NCBI GenBank assembly: GCA_025363655.1
Contig: JANYDK010000037.1
Coordinates: 6,191-70,190, forward strand
Direction of reading: 5' to 3'
From: Deltaproteobacteria bacterium
Lineage (GTDB): Bacteria > Myxococcota_A > Polyangia > Polyangiales > JADJMO01
Length of the DNA stretch: 64,000 nucleotides
The notes beneath the pieces are model-generated. The model saw only the letters and a list, made by a program, of their open reading frames with translations, had not been told where the DNA came from and made no database searches. Each line of letters begins with the position of its first letter. Positions within the stretch are counted from its first letter, which is position 1. Positions 10,101 to 19,645 of the stretch are shown in pieces. A program made the translations under genes and the position numbers.

Positions 10101-12824
10101 TCACCCCTCCGCCGGGCCCTCTTCCATCGCCCCGCTCAAGTCGCCGCCGCCGCCCTCCGCGCGTCGCATGCGTTCGGCGATTTCGATCAAGCGACGTTCG
10201 ACGCGTCCGAAGATGCTCGCTGCGGGAAAACGGCCATTTCCGTCGCGAGAGCCGGCAGGGATGCTCGTCAGGAGCTCGATGCCCTGGGTCACTTTGTCGG
10301 CCGCGTAGAGGTGGAATTTTCCGGCGGCGATCGCGGCGGAGACGTCGTCGCGGAGGACGAGGTGCATGACGCAGGAGACGGGAATCAAGACGCCTTGATG
10401 ACCAGTCAGGCCGCGCGCTGCGCAGAGATCGAAGAAGCCTTCGACCTTCGCGGTGACGCCGCCGATGGCCTGCACGTCGCCGAGTTGGTTGACCGAGCCG
10501 GTGACGGCGATGCCTTGATCGATGGGGACGTCGGCGATGGCGCTGAGGATGGCGTAGAGCTCGGTCGACGAGGCGCTGTCGCCTTCGACCTCGCCGTACG
10601 ACTGCTCGAAGGCGATTTGCGCGCGCAAGGCGACGGGGCGCTCTTGGCCGAACATGCCGCTGAGGAAGCCGCGGAGGATGGCGACGCCCTTGGTGTGGAG
10701 CGAGCCGCCGAGGGCTGCTTCGCGTTCGACGTCGATGAGGCCTTCGTTGCCGAGCGAGACGACCGACGTGATGCGCATCGGGTGACCGAACTGCACGTCA
10801 CCGGCGGTGAGCACCGAGAGACCGTTGAGGACGCCGACCGATTCGCCGGTGGTGGCGACGATGACCTCGCCGGCGACGACCATCTCGCGGATCTGTCTTT
10901 CGGCGCCGGCCGTGCGATCGCGTCGCTCTTGCCAGGCGGCGTCGACGTCGGCAGCGATGACCACCGGCGGCGGGCGACTCGCCGAACTGATCTGCGAGTG
11001 CTCGGCCGCGGTCAGCGGACGTGGGGGCGGCGGGATCGTCGGCGGTGGCGCGTCGGGGTCGATGCGCTCGAGGAGCCTCGCTTGGGCGCGCGGCGCGACG
11101 TTCGCGCTTTCTTCGACGCGCTCGTGGGCGATGACGGTGGCGAAGGCGAGCGCCTCTTCGATCGGCTGGAGATAGACGGCGAGCTTGCGCGCGTCCTCGG
11201 CGAGTCGACAGGCGTAGTCGAGGGCGCGTGCGCGTGCGCTGCGATCGAGCGGGCCCCAGCCGCGAAGATTGGCGAGCCGCACGAGGTGCGCGTCGAGCGC
11301 ATGGATGCCGGCGTCGTTGCGATCGATCTCGGAAGGAATTTCGACTTTAACTCGGAAAAATGCGGAGAAATCGGGATCAGCGTCGAGCAGCTGGGCGTAG
11401 AGATCGTGCGAGCCGACGAGCACCACCTTGGTGCTGATGGGGCAAGGGCGCGGCCTCAGCGTCGTCGCGTAGAGCCCCATCGGACCGATCGGATCTTCGT
11501 GACCGACGGCGCGTGCGCGGAGGACGCGCTTCAGGCGATCCCAGGCGAGCGCATCGCCGAGGAGGTCGCGCGCGCGAAGGACGAGAACCCCGCCCGAGGC
11601 CTTGTGGAGCGCGCCGGCGCGGATGCGGGTGAAATCGCTGACGAGCGCGCCGAGGCGCACGCGACGTTCGAGGAAGCCGAACAGATTGGCGAAGGTCGGG
11701 TTGTCCTCGTAGACGACGGGCGGCGAGGGCGCCTCGATGTCGATCGGCTCTTCGGGGCTCGCGTCGCCTTCTTGCAACGCGGCCTCGATGCGGTCGTCGA
11801 TGTGCGAGACGAAGACGTTGACCGCGAAGCGCGAGAGGCGCGTCGCGATCTCGGGATCGGTGCCTTCGTCTTCGTCGCTGCGCGAGGCGTTGCGCGGACG
11901 AGGCGCGGCGGCGGCGCGCAGATCGTCGAGGGATGCGGCCAGCTCTTCGATCACTCGTTCGAGCCAGACGCGCGCCTCGGGGAGCCCGCCGAAGCGGGCG
12001 AAGAGTGGCGCGGCCTCGGCTTCCATCAGCTCGCGCGCGACCTTTTCTTCGAGCGCAGCGCCTGCTTGCTCGAGCTCGCGGGTGCCGGCGCGGACCTTCT
12101 CGGCGGCACCTTCGATGGCCGACGAGAGCTTCTCCTCCGCCTCGGTGAGCGACTTCTTCGTCGACTCGTCGAGCACTTCGAACTGCTCGGCGGTGACCGG
12201 CTTGCCGTGGAGGATGGGGAACGTCTGCACGCCACCGGAGATGGTCTTGATGCCGAAGCCGAGGCCCTTCGCCAAGCCCTCGAGGCTGTTCAAGGCCTCG
12301 CGGTGACGTTGCTTCATCTCGCCTTCGAGAGCGTCACGCGCGGCGCGGAGATCTTGATCGCTCTCGATCGCCGGGAGGCGGGTCTTCACGGCGTCGAGGA
12401 GCCCTTCGACGCCCGCCTCGAGCTCGCGTGCCATGCCCGGTGGCAAGAGAATCGGGCGCGGTGAGCTCGGACGATCGAAGTCGTGGACGTAGACGACGTC
12501 GTTCGGAATGCCGCGACCGGCGAGGCGACGACGGGCGCGCGCGACGACCGCGTGGAGAACGTCGACGTCGTCGGCAGCTTCGACGAAGACGTGGAACCAC
12601 GGATCGCTCGAGAGGATGCCTAGATCGAGCGCGCGCCTCGGCGTCGCCGGCAGGAGGCGGAACAAATCGGGCTCGTCGTCGGCGCCCTCGACCAACTCCG
12701 GGAGCTGGTTCGGGTCGTGCCGCACGGTGGTCTGCACGGCGCTGACGCGGAGCTGATCACGGATGCGCGCGGCGCTCTCGGCGATGGTGGGGACGGCGGC
12801 CTTCTCTTGCGGCGCTTCAGTCAC
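10101..12824 (-). CDS. Lon-like (LonC-type) protease with degenerate AAA-like domain
   Basis: C-terminal S16 proteolytic domain (GDSASSTELYAILSA, IGGVTAKVEGF). No GxxxxGK[ST] anywhere; FVEAADDVDV lies where the Walker A would be expected. Long coiled-coil insertion. Confidence 0.85.
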   Translation of the reverse strand: MTEAPQEKAAVPTIAESAARIRDQLRVSAVQTTVRHDPNQLPELVEGADDEPDLFRLLPATPRRALDLGILSSDPWFHVFVEAADDVDVLHAVVARARRRLAGRGIPNDVVYVHDFDRPSSPRPILLPPGMARELEAGVEGLLDAVKTRLPAIESDQDLRAARDALEGEMKQRHREALNSLEGLAKGLGFGIKTISGGVQTFPILHGKPVTAEQFEVLDESTKKSLTEAEEKLSSAIEGAAEKVRAGTRELEQAGAALEEKVARELMEAEAAPLFARFGGLPEARVWLERVIEELAASLDDLRAAAAPRPRNASRSDEDEGTDPEIATRLSRFAVNVFVSHIDDRIEAALQEGDASPEEPIDIEAPSPPVVYEDNPTFANLFGFLERRVRLGALVSDFTRIRAGALHKASGGVLVLRARDLLGDALAWDRLKRVLRARAVGHEDPIGPMGLYATTLRPRPCPISTKVVLVGSHDLYAQLLDADPDFSAFFRVKVEIPSEIDRNDAGIHALDAHLVRLANLRGWGPLDRSARARALDYACRLAEDARKLAVYLQPIEEALAFATVIAHERVEESANVAPRAQARLLERIDPDAPPPTIPPPPRPLTAAEHSQISSASRPPPVVIAADVDAAWQERRDRTAGAERQIREMVVAGEVIVATTGESVGVLNGLSVLTAGDVQFGHPMRITSVVSLGNEGLIDVEREAALGGSLHTKGVAILRGFLSGMFGQERPVALRAQIAFEQSYGEVEGDSASSTELYAILSAIADVPIDQGIAVTGSVNQLGDVQAIGGVTAKVEGFFDLCAARGLTGHQGVLIPVSCVMHLVLRDDVSAAIAAGKFHLYAADKVTQGIELLTSIPAGSRDGNGRFPAASIFGRVERRLIEIAERMRRAEGGGGDLSGAMEEGPAEG

Positions 12825-12841
12825 CGTCTCTGTCTATCACA

Positions 12842-12862
12842 CCCCAAACGGGCAGCCTGGGG
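12842..12862 (-). terminator. Weak hairpin directly after the panE stop
   Basis: CCCCA-N11-TGGGG abutting the stop codon at 12863-12865. Short stem, large loop. Confidence 0.25.
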
Positions 12863-13831
12863 TCAGATGCCGCAGCGGGCCGCGAGCCGGGCGAGGGCGT
12901 CGAGCCGCTTCTTGCGCGCCTCGGCCAGCGCGTTCACCTCGCGCATCATCGAGAGGTGCTGAACGTCGCGCTCGTCGCCGAAATGGCGATTGAGAAAGAC
13001 GATCGCTTCGGGCGCGCGTGAGCGGGCGAGCTTGATTCCGGTGCGCACCGTGAAGGGCCCGGCGAACGAGAGGATCAAGGACGCGAAGCCGGCGAGCTCG
13101 CCGTAGCCTTTGGCGAGCGCGCGCGACTCCTTCGTCGCTTCGAGCGCGAGCTTGAGGAGTGGCCCGTCGGCGAGGAGCGCGTCGATGGTGCCGCTCGTCC
13201 GGAGCGCGAGGAGCAGTGGAAAGAACGCCAACGTGGTGGCGACGTTGAGGCCGGCGGCGTCTTTGGCGGTGACGACGGGGAGACCGGCGTCGTGGAAGAG
13301 CGCGACCAGTTGCAGGGCGATCGGTGCGTGCGGATCGCCCGGCGGACGAGCCTCGATCACCGTCGGTGAGCTCCGCGGCGTCCAATAGCGAACGTGTCGC
13401 TCGTGCGCTTTGTCTCCTTCGCGCGACGAATCGGGCTCGTATCCGGCGACGCCCGGCATCCCCACGATCAACCGCGCACCGAGCTTTTCGCGGGCGCGCG
13501 CGAGGAGCCCTGGCAAGAGCGGGGTCAAGGTGACGATGCAGCGATGCGGTGGGCCTCCCACGGCGAGTCGATCGAGCAGCGCGTCATCGAGCTGATCGAC
13601 ACGCACCGTCACCATCACGACGTCGGCCTCGGCGGGGATCTCGAGGTACGAAGCGGGCGCGTCGTGGAACGATGCTTCCGGAGAGTGCGGATAGGCGAGC
13701 TGCGTTTTCAGGCGTCGCGGCGCACGTGCCAAGTCGCGGACGACGAAGCACACATCGACCTTGCCGGTGCTGGCGAGGCGTTGCGCGTAGATGGTGCCGA
13801 GCGCGCCTGCTCCGACGACGGCGATGAGCAT
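12863..13831 (-). CDS. panE: 2-dehydropantoate 2-reductase (ketopantoate reductase family)
   Basis: N-terminal Rossmann motif MLIAVVGAGALGTIYA and ApbA/PanE-like length (322 aa). Confidence 0.75.
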   Translation of the reverse strand: MLIAVVGAGALGTIYAQRLASTGKVDVCFVVRDLARAPRRLKTQLAYPHSPEASFHDAPASYLEIPAEADVVMVTVRVDQLDDALLDRLAVGGPPHRCIVTLTPLLPGLLARAREKLGARLIVGMPGVAGYEPDSSREGDKAHERHVRYWTPRSSPTVIEARPPGDPHAPIALQLVALFHDAGLPVVTAKDAAGLNVATTLAFFPLLLALRTSGTIDALLADGPLLKLALEATKESRALAKGYGELAGFASLILSFAGPFTVRTGIKLARSRAPEAIVFLNRHFGDERDVQHLSMMREVNALAEARKKRLDALARLAARCGI

Positions 13832-13932
13832 CCCTCGGCGACGATACCAGAGAGGCGTCCGTTATCAGTGGATCATCCTGTCCGCGGACGTCCCACGCTC
13901 ACCGCGAGGATGCGGGCGCGTAAGGTATCGAC

Positions 13933-15804
13933 GTGCTCCAACGCCTCACTCCCTCGATCTATGCGCACTTCGGCGTCCGCATCGCGGGTCTCGTCCTCCC
14001 TCTCTTCGGTTGCGGCAGCGCCGCCGACAACTTCAACGACGACGATGCGGGCGTCACGAGCGACGACGGCGTCGACAGCGGTGTCGGCTACGACGCGCAG
14101 TTCGACACCAAGCCGTCTCTCGACACGCGCCCGTCGGCCGACGTCGTCGTCGATGACACCGGTTCGAGCAGCGATACTGGGCCCGGCACCGACACGGGCT
14201 CGAGCACCGACACCGGGCCCGGCACCGATACCGCGATCGTCGACAGCGGCACGCTCGACACCGGCACGCTCGACACCGGCATGCTCGACACCGGAATGGA
14301 TGCGCCGGTCGATGCGCCCGCCGATTGCAGCGGAACGCCGCTCGCGATCGATCCTTCGGCGACGCTCGATCCCCTGAAAAATGGGCCTCTCAGCGTCGGT
14401 CACAAGACGTTCGTGGTGCCGAAGCTGAACACGCTGACGTCGGTCAACGTGCGGGTCACCTACCCGACCAACACCGACGGTACGCCCCACGCGGGCAAGC
14501 ACGCCTGGGTGATGTTCCACCACGCGGTCCACGGTCCGTACCCCGGCGTCGTCTACGACAAGTACGACGGCATCTTCGATCGCTGGGCGTCGCACGGCTT
14601 CATCGTCTTCTCCATCGACGGCGCGCGCGTCTTCTTCCCGACCGCGTCCGGCAGCGGCCTCAGCTGGACCCAGCAGCAGACGGTCGCGCAGATGATGAAC
14701 GAGGCGATCACGTATTTTCTCGATCAACAGAAGACGCCGACCTTCGAGCTCGCGTGCCGTCTCGATGCCCGTCGGCTCGCCGTTTCGGGTCACTCGCGTG
14801 GTGGCGGCGCGGCGCTGCTGGTGCCCACCGTGCGCACCGACGGCGCGCTCATCAAGGGCTACGTCGGCTTTCAACCGGTCGATCCAGAAGCCCTCTCGCC
14901 GCCCGCTGGCTACACGATTCCTGGCTTCGACATCCCCGAGCTGTGGCTCGACTCGGCGCTCGACGGCGACGTCGTCTATCCGATCAGCGCGCTCCAATAC
15001 AGCCGCGCGCGCTCGCAGGCGACGCACGTGACGATCCTCGGGAGCAAGCACACCTACACGCTCGATACGCCTTTTCCCGACCAGGGAGGCACCACGGCGA
15101 CGATCACGCCCGACGAGCACAAGGCGGTGTGCAACCAATACGGCGTCGCCTTCCTTCGCGCACGCGTCCGCGATGCATCCCCCGATGTGAACGATCTCAA
15201 TCGCGTGTTCGGCCCGGGAGGCATGACGACGACCGCGAGCTCGGGCAACGTGACGCTGCGTTGGAAGACGCCGATCGCCAGCGTCTACGCTGCGCGCTTC
15301 GACGAAGCGACCGGCGCGGGGCCTGGAAAGACCGACGCCGGCGACGCCATCACCACCGAAGGCAGCGTCGTCGCCACCAGCTACGAGACGTACACGACGT
15401 CGGTGGGCGGCGGCGGCGAAGGCGCGATCGCGAAGCTCATCCACTCGGTGCAATTGACGTGGGGAGGAACCCTCGGCGCGCTGGTGGTGCCCCTGCGCGC
15501 GGGCGCTCTCACGAGCAAGACGGCCGTGGCCTTCGAAGTCGCGAACCCGAGCACTCCCGCGGTCGACAGCGGCACGAGCCAACTCGCGGTCGAGATCGTC
15601 GACAGCCTCGGCGGCAAGTTCACCATCGACGTCGACGCCATCGTCGGCGCCGGATGGCACTTGCGACCGCATCGCCTCTCGGGCGCGTACTTGCCACTGG
15701 CGAAGGTCACCGGCGTCGATCTCTCGCGGGCGACGGCGATTCGCTTCGTGCCCAAGACCGGGACGACGGGCAACGCCCTCCTCGATCTCGTGCGCATCGA
15801 ATAG
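13933..15804 (+). CDS. Secreted alpha/beta-hydrolase (chlorophyllase/PAF-acetylhydrolase-like) with low-complexity linker and unknown C-terminal domain
   Basis: Lipobox LPLFGC and nucleophile elbow VSGHSRGGGAALL. Asp/Thr/Gly-rich repeats follow the signal peptide. The C-terminal roughly 200 aa has no motif I recognise. Confidence 0.7.
   Translation: MLQRLTPSIYAHFGVRIAGLVLPLFGCGSAADNFNDDDAGVTSDDGVDSGVGYDAQFDTKPSLDTRPSADVVVDDTGSSSDTGPGTDTGSSTDTGPGTDTAIVDSGTLDTGTLDTGMLDTGMDAPVDAPADCSGTPLAIDPSATLDPLKNGPLSVGHKTFVVPKLNTLTSVNVRVTYPTNTDGTPHAGKHAWVMFHHAVHGPYPGVVYDKYDGIFDRWASHGFIVFSIDGARVFFPTASGSGLSWTQQQTVAQMMNEAITYFLDQQKTPTFELACRLDARRLAVSGHSRGGGAALLVPTVRTDGALIKGYVGFQPVDPEALSPPAGYTIPGFDIPELWLDSALDGDVVYPISALQYSRARSQATHVTILGSKHTYTLDTPFPDQGGTTATITPDEHKAVCNQYGVAFLRARVRDASPDVNDLNRVFGPGGMTTTASSGNVTLRWKTPIASVYAARFDEATGAGPGKTDAGDAITTEGSVVATSYETYTTSVGGGGEGAIAKLIHSVQLTWGGTLGALVVPLRAGALTSKTAVAFEVANPSTPAVDSGTSQLAVEIVDSLGGKFTIDVDAIVGAGWHLRPHRLSGAYLPLAKVTGVDLSRATAIRFVPKTGTTGNALLDLVRIE
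14155..14300. repeat. In-frame DTG-rich low-complexity repeats
   Basis: Encodes DTGSSSDTGPGTDTGSSTDTGPGTDTAIVDSGTLDTGTLDTGMLDTGMD. Confidence 0.7.
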
Positions 15805-15822
15805 CCGCTGAAGTTGCGGCTA
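15802..15822. terminator. Hairpin TAGCCGC-N7-GCGGCTA embedding both convergent stop codons
   Basis: 7-bp perfect stem with a 7-nt loop. The plus-strand TAG (15802-15804) and the minus-strand TAG (15820-15822) form the outer ends of the stem. Confidence 0.45.
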
Positions 15823-16524
15823 GAGATACCCGCTCATTCCGAACCAGAGATGGATGGACGAGTAGGTGCCCGAGGGAGCGTCGCGGCTCGTCGTCTGGCT
15901 GCCCGAGCCGCTGCTCGACGAATAGTTGTCGGTGTTCTCGGTGCCGGCGGAGACGACGTGATCGTACGAGAGCCCGGTGAGGATGTTGAACGAAGTGGTG
16001 ATGCGGATGATGCCGACGACCTCGGGCGAAATCGTCGTCGCATGCACCGAGGACTTGTCGCCGTAGTCGCCCGACTCGGTGACCGACCCGCCGAGGAACG
16101 AGACGCCGAGACGAGGGACGACGTCGAAGTAGTCGTTGACCGGGATGCGGTACGCGATGCGCGGCGCGAAGAGGTACGCGCTCAGCGTCCCGCCGTCGCG
16201 CGAGCTGTTGCCGTTGGCACTCTCGGACGAGAGGTGGATGGTCGTGAAGCCGAGGGCCGCACCGAAGCCGAACCCGTTCGGGAGATACACGTCGAAGCCG
16301 ATGCGAGGCATCGAGAGTGGATCGTGGACCGCGCCGGCGACGTTGAAGAAGGTCGCGCCGACGCTCGATGAGTTGTCCGGCTTCGCGGTGACGTGGGAGA
16401 GGCCAGCGACGCGCTCGATCGACGGGGACAGCTTGAGGCCGTGGTCGTTGTCGTCTTGCGCGAAGGCCTGCGTAGCGCCCATGACGGACGACGCGACCAA
16501 GAGGGAGATGAAGAGCTTGTTCAT
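15820..16524 (-). CDS. Outer-membrane beta-barrel protein (porin-family-like)
   Basis: Signal peptide MNKLFISLLVASSVMGATQAFA, alternating Gly/aromatic beta-strand pattern, C-terminal WFGMSGYL. ATG 16524 chosen. Confidence 0.55.
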   Translation of the reverse strand: MNKLFISLLVASSVMGATQAFAQDDNDHGLKLSPSIERVAGLSHVTAKPDNSSSVGATFFNVAGAVHDPLSMPRIGFDVYLPNGFGFGAALGFTTIHLSSESANGNSSRDGGTLSAYLFAPRIAYRIPVNDYFDVVPRLGVSFLGGSVTESGDYGDKSSVHATTISPEVVGIIRITTSFNILTGLSYDHVVSAGTENTDNYSSSSGSGSQTTSRDAPSGTYSSIHLWFGMSGYL

Positions 16525-16693
16525 GGAGCCGCCCCACAGCAACGCTCGTGCCCGCAAGAAACGAGGTGCGCCTCCGCATGAAATCGAGGCGAGATGCGGG
16601 CACCATGAACCGGCGAAGGGGGCAGACCTCGACACGAATGTCGTATCGACGCGACACCAGGCCCACCTGCGCCAAGCTGCCAGCGAGGGCCGC

Positions 16694-17308
16694 TTGACGT
16701 CGAGCAAGCCGACAGCGAGCGTGACCGCCGTGCTCGCTCGCGAGGTCTATGCGCAACCGGCCATCGACGTCGCGCGGGCGCTCCTCGGTTGCACCCTCGT
16801 CCACGTCGACGACGGCGTGCGCCGGGGCGGGCGCATCGTCGAGACGGAGGCCTACCTCGGCCCCCACGATCGCGCGTGTCACGCGTCGAAGGGACGGAGC
16901 GCGCGTACCGAGTCGATGTTTCTCGAGCCCGGACACGCATATGTATATTTGATTTATGGAATGTACGACTGCTTCAACGTCGTCACCGATCGCGTCGATT
17001 ATCCCGCTGCGGTGCTGATTCGCGCGCTCGCGCCGCTCGAAGGCTGCCTCGGGGACACCGATGGACCCGGCAAGCTGTGTCGCGCGCTGCGCATCACGCG
17101 TCGCCACGATCGCCTCGATCTCGCGAGCCCGACGTCTTCACTCTTCCTCGAGGCCGGCCCGCCGCCTGCGCACATCGATCGCGGTCCGCGCGTCGGGGTC
17201 GACTACGCCGGGTCATGGGCTCGGCGACACTTGCGCTTCTGGGCTCGGCGCGACCCGTGGGTGTCGGGAGTCTCCGCGGCGATCCGCCGCCTCCGTAGCC
17301 GCGGATGA
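16694..17308 (+). CDS. mpg: DNA-3-methyladenine glycosylase (Mpg/AAG family)
   Basis: GGRIVETEAYLGPHDRACHA, GHAYVYLIYGMYDCFNVV, GPGKLCRAL. The start is uncertain (TTG 16694 or GTG 16721). Confidence 0.85.
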   Translation: MTSSKPTASVTAVLAREVYAQPAIDVARALLGCTLVHVDDGVRRGGRIVETEAYLGPHDRACHASKGRSARTESMFLEPGHAYVYLIYGMYDCFNVVTDRVDYPAAVLIRALAPLEGCLGDTDGPGKLCRALRITRRHDRLDLASPTSSLFLEAGPPPAHIDRGPRVGVDYAGSWARRHLRFWARRDPWVSGVSAAIRRLRSRG

Positions 17309-17327
17309 TCCAACTCGACGCGGGGGT

Positions 17328-17342
17328 GCGGCAACTTGCCGC
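17328..17342. promoter_or_regulatory. Perfect 15-bp palindrome GCGGCAA-C-TTGCCGC between mpg and ctaB
   Basis: Lies 20 nt after the mpg stop and about 80 nt before the ctaB ATG. Could be an operator or a hairpin. Confidence 0.3.
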
Positions 17343-17423
17343 GCAAATCGCTCGGGAAAGTCCCTGTTTCGCCCTCGCCCTGGGCGGCGCGCGGTCCTTC
17401 ATCTGCTAAGCGTCTCCCTCCCG

Positions 17424-18344
17424 ATGAACCCGGTCGTTTCCGCCTCCGCACCCGAGCCCACCGCCGCACGTCCGCGCGCCGGTGTTGGGCAGGTCGCGCG
17501 CGATCTCGTGGCGTTGACGAAGCCGCGCATCACCCTCGTCGTCCTCATGACGGCGGCGTGCGGGATGAAGCTCGCCGGTCACGCCTCCGGGCGCACGTGG
17601 CTCCTCGCGATGGTCGGCACCGCGCTCATCGTCGGCGCCGCCAACACGCTCAACATGTGGCTCGAGCGCGACGTCGACGGGCTGATGGAGCGCACGCGTC
17701 GTCGCCCGCTCCCCGCCGGTCGTCTCTCGCCGAGCACCGCGCTCGTCTTCGGCATCGCGCTCGCCATCGTCTCGCTGCCGATTCTCGCGATCGGCGTCAA
17801 CGCGATGACCGGGCTCCTCGGCGCCGTCGCCCTCGTCAGCTACGTGCTGATGTACACCCCGATGAAGCGCCACTCGCTGCGCGCGCTCTGGGTCGGCGGC
17901 ATTCCGGGGGCCATTCCTCCGCTCCTCGGCTGGGCCGCGGTCACCGGCAGCATCACCGCGCCGGGGCTCTCGCTCTTCGCGGTGCTCTTCGTCTGGCAGA
18001 TTCCGCACTTCATCGCCATCTCGGTCTTCCGCGCCGACGACTACGCGCGCGCCGGCCTCAAGGTCGTTCCGGTCGAGCTCGGTGAGCAGAAGACCAACGC
18101 GATGATGCTCCGCTATGCGGTCATCCTCTTCGCGCTCACGTACTGGCCGTTCTTCGCCCACGTCGGTGGCTACGGGTATCTCGGCATCGCCACGCTGCTC
18201 GGCGTCGCCTTCGTCGCCGCGTGCGCCGTCGGTTATCGCAAGAAGACCGCAGACGGACAGAGGAATCGCTGGGCGCGTGGCGTCTTCGCGTTCTCCATCC
18301 TCTACCTGGTCGCACTGTTCGTCGCGCTCGTCGCGGGGGCGTAG
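17424..18344 (+). CDS. ctaB: Protoheme IX farnesyltransferase (heme O synthase)
   Basis: UbiA-type polytopic membrane protein with [10 protein letters not shown]-like start, [21 protein letters not shown] and multiple TM helices. Confidence 0.9.
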   Translation: MNPVVSASAPEPTAARPRAGVGQVARDLVALTKPRITLVVLMTAACGMKLAGHASGRTWLLAMVGTALIVGAANTLNMWLERDVDGLMERTRRRPLPAGRLSPSTALVFGIALAIVSLPILAIGVNAMTGLLGAVALVSYVLMYTPMKRHSLRALWVGGIPGAIPPLLGWAAVTGSITAPGLSLFAVLFVWQIPHFIAISVFRADDYARAGLKVVPVELGEQKTNAMMLRYAVILFALTYWPFFAHVGGYGYLGIATLLGVAFVAACAVGYRKKTADGQRNRWARGVFAFSILYLVALFVALVAGA

Positions 18345-19048
18345 TGTCCGAGCCGGGCGAGCCGAGCGAGTCGCACGAGCCGAGTCCGAGCGCGGCGAGC
18401 GATGGTCCGCTCGTGTCGTCGCCGCTGGCGCCGCCGGCTCGCAAGATGCCTTGGCAGGTCTATTTCTTCGGCGCCCTCGCCTTCGCGATGCTGGTGTTCC
18501 TCTTCGTTCGCCTCCGCAAGCAGGCGCCCGATCTCCCCCGCTACGGCCAAATTCCAGCCTTTTCGATGCGTGATCAACACGGCGCGCCGGCCGGCGGCGA
18601 CACCTTGCGCGGCAAGCCGTTCATCGCCGACTTCATCTTCACCTCGTGCAAGGTCTCGTGCCCGACGCTGACCGCGCGGATGAAGAGCGTGCAAGACAAG
18701 CTCGTCGAGGGAGGCCTCGAGGGGAAGCTGCGGCTCGTCTCGATCAGCGTCGACCCGGAGCACGACACGCCCGAGGTCCTTCAGACCTACGCCACCGGAT
18801 GGAAGGCGCGGGAGGGGACCTGGCTCTTCCTCACCGGCAAGAGCGAAGAGCTCGACCGCATCGTCGTCAAAGGCTTCAAGCTCCAGTACGAAAAGGCGCC
18901 CGACAACGTCGGCATCGTCAACATCATGCACGGCGACTGGTTCGTCCTCGTCGACAAGGACGGCGTCATTCGCGGCTACTACGACACCACCGTCCGCGAG
19001 CGCTTCGATCAAATCCTCGTCGACGCCAAACGACTCAGCGAAGGATGA
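18344..19048 (+). CDS. SCO1/SenC family copper chaperone
   Basis: Thioredoxin-fold CxxxC (FIFTSCKVSCP) and one N-terminal TM helix. GTG 18344 overlaps the ctaB stop by 1 nt; alternative ATG at 18446. Confidence 0.85.
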   Translation: MSEPGEPSESHEPSPSAASDGPLVSSPLAPPARKMPWQVYFFGALAFAMLVFLFVRLRKQAPDLPRYGQIPAFSMRDQHGAPAGGDTLRGKPFIADFIFTSCKVSCPTLTARMKSVQDKLVEGGLEGKLRLVSISVDPEHDTPEVLQTYATGWKAREGTWLFLTGKSEELDRIVVKGFKLQYEKAPDNVGIVNIMHGDWFVLVDKDGVIRGYYDTTVRERFDQILVDAKRLSEG

Positions 19049-19049
19049 A

Positions 19050-19610
19050 GTGATGAGCGCAGTGACCACCGAAGATCGCGGGCGCGATCGCACGTTCTTC
19101 TTCTTCAACGCCGCGCTCTCGATCGCCGCGCTCTCGTTCCTCGCCTACATCCTGCTCTTGCGTCGTGGCAGCAACGCGAGCGGCCTCGACCTTCGCTTCA
19201 TGCCCGCGGTCAACGCCGCCTTCAACGCCACCGCCGCCACGCTCCTCACGTGCGGCTGGATCTCCATTCGCCGCGGCGCCCGTCGCGCGCACAAGTACTT
19301 CATGGTCTCCGCCTTCGCGGCGTCGAGCCTCTTCCTCGTCGGCTACCTCGCCTACCACTACGTCCACGGCGACACGAAATTCGCAGGCACCGGCCCCATC
19401 CGCACCGTCTACCTGCTCATTCTCGCCTCGCACATCATCCTCTCGGCGGCGATCGTCCCGCTCTCGCTCTCGTCGTTCTACTTCCAGTGGAGAAAGCGCT
19501 GGGAGACGCACCGCAAGGTGGGGAGAGTCGTCTTGCCGATTTGGCTCTACGTGTCGGTGACGGGGGTGGTGATCTATTTCATGTTGCGGGGGAGCTTGTC
19601 CGCGCATTGA
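19050..19610 (+). CDS. DUF420 family membrane protein (cytochrome oxidase-associated)
   Basis: Four TM helices, H..VHGD and RKVGRVVLPIWLYVSVTGV motifs typical of DUF420. Lies 1 nt after the SCO stop. Confidence 0.8.
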   Translation: MMSAVTTEDRGRDRTFFFFNAALSIAALSFLAYILLLRRGSNASGLDLRFMPAVNAAFNATAATLLTCGWISIRRGARRAHKYFMVSAFAASSLFLVGYLAYHYVHGDTKFAGTGPIRTVYLLILASHIILSAAIVPLSLSSFYFQWRKRWETHRKVGRVVLPIWLYVSVTGVVIYFMLRGSLSAH

Positions 19611-19645
19611 GCGTCGGTGCGAACCTCGCGTAGTGTTGCTGCTCC

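Noticed and set aside
10065-12464. 799-aa plus-strand ORF. Similar long antisense ORFs occur at 1011-2174, 3551-5092, 6048-7415, 13873-15672, 15707-17107, 31296-33029, 36008-37681, 41137-42516, 43685-45313, 46984-48585, 54461-55492 and 58735-59793.
   Set aside because: Each lies antisense to, or out of frame with, a gene carrying clear family motifs. Their products are Arg/Ala/Gly/Asp-rich low-complexity sequence typical of stop-poor alternative frames in roughly 70% GC DNA.
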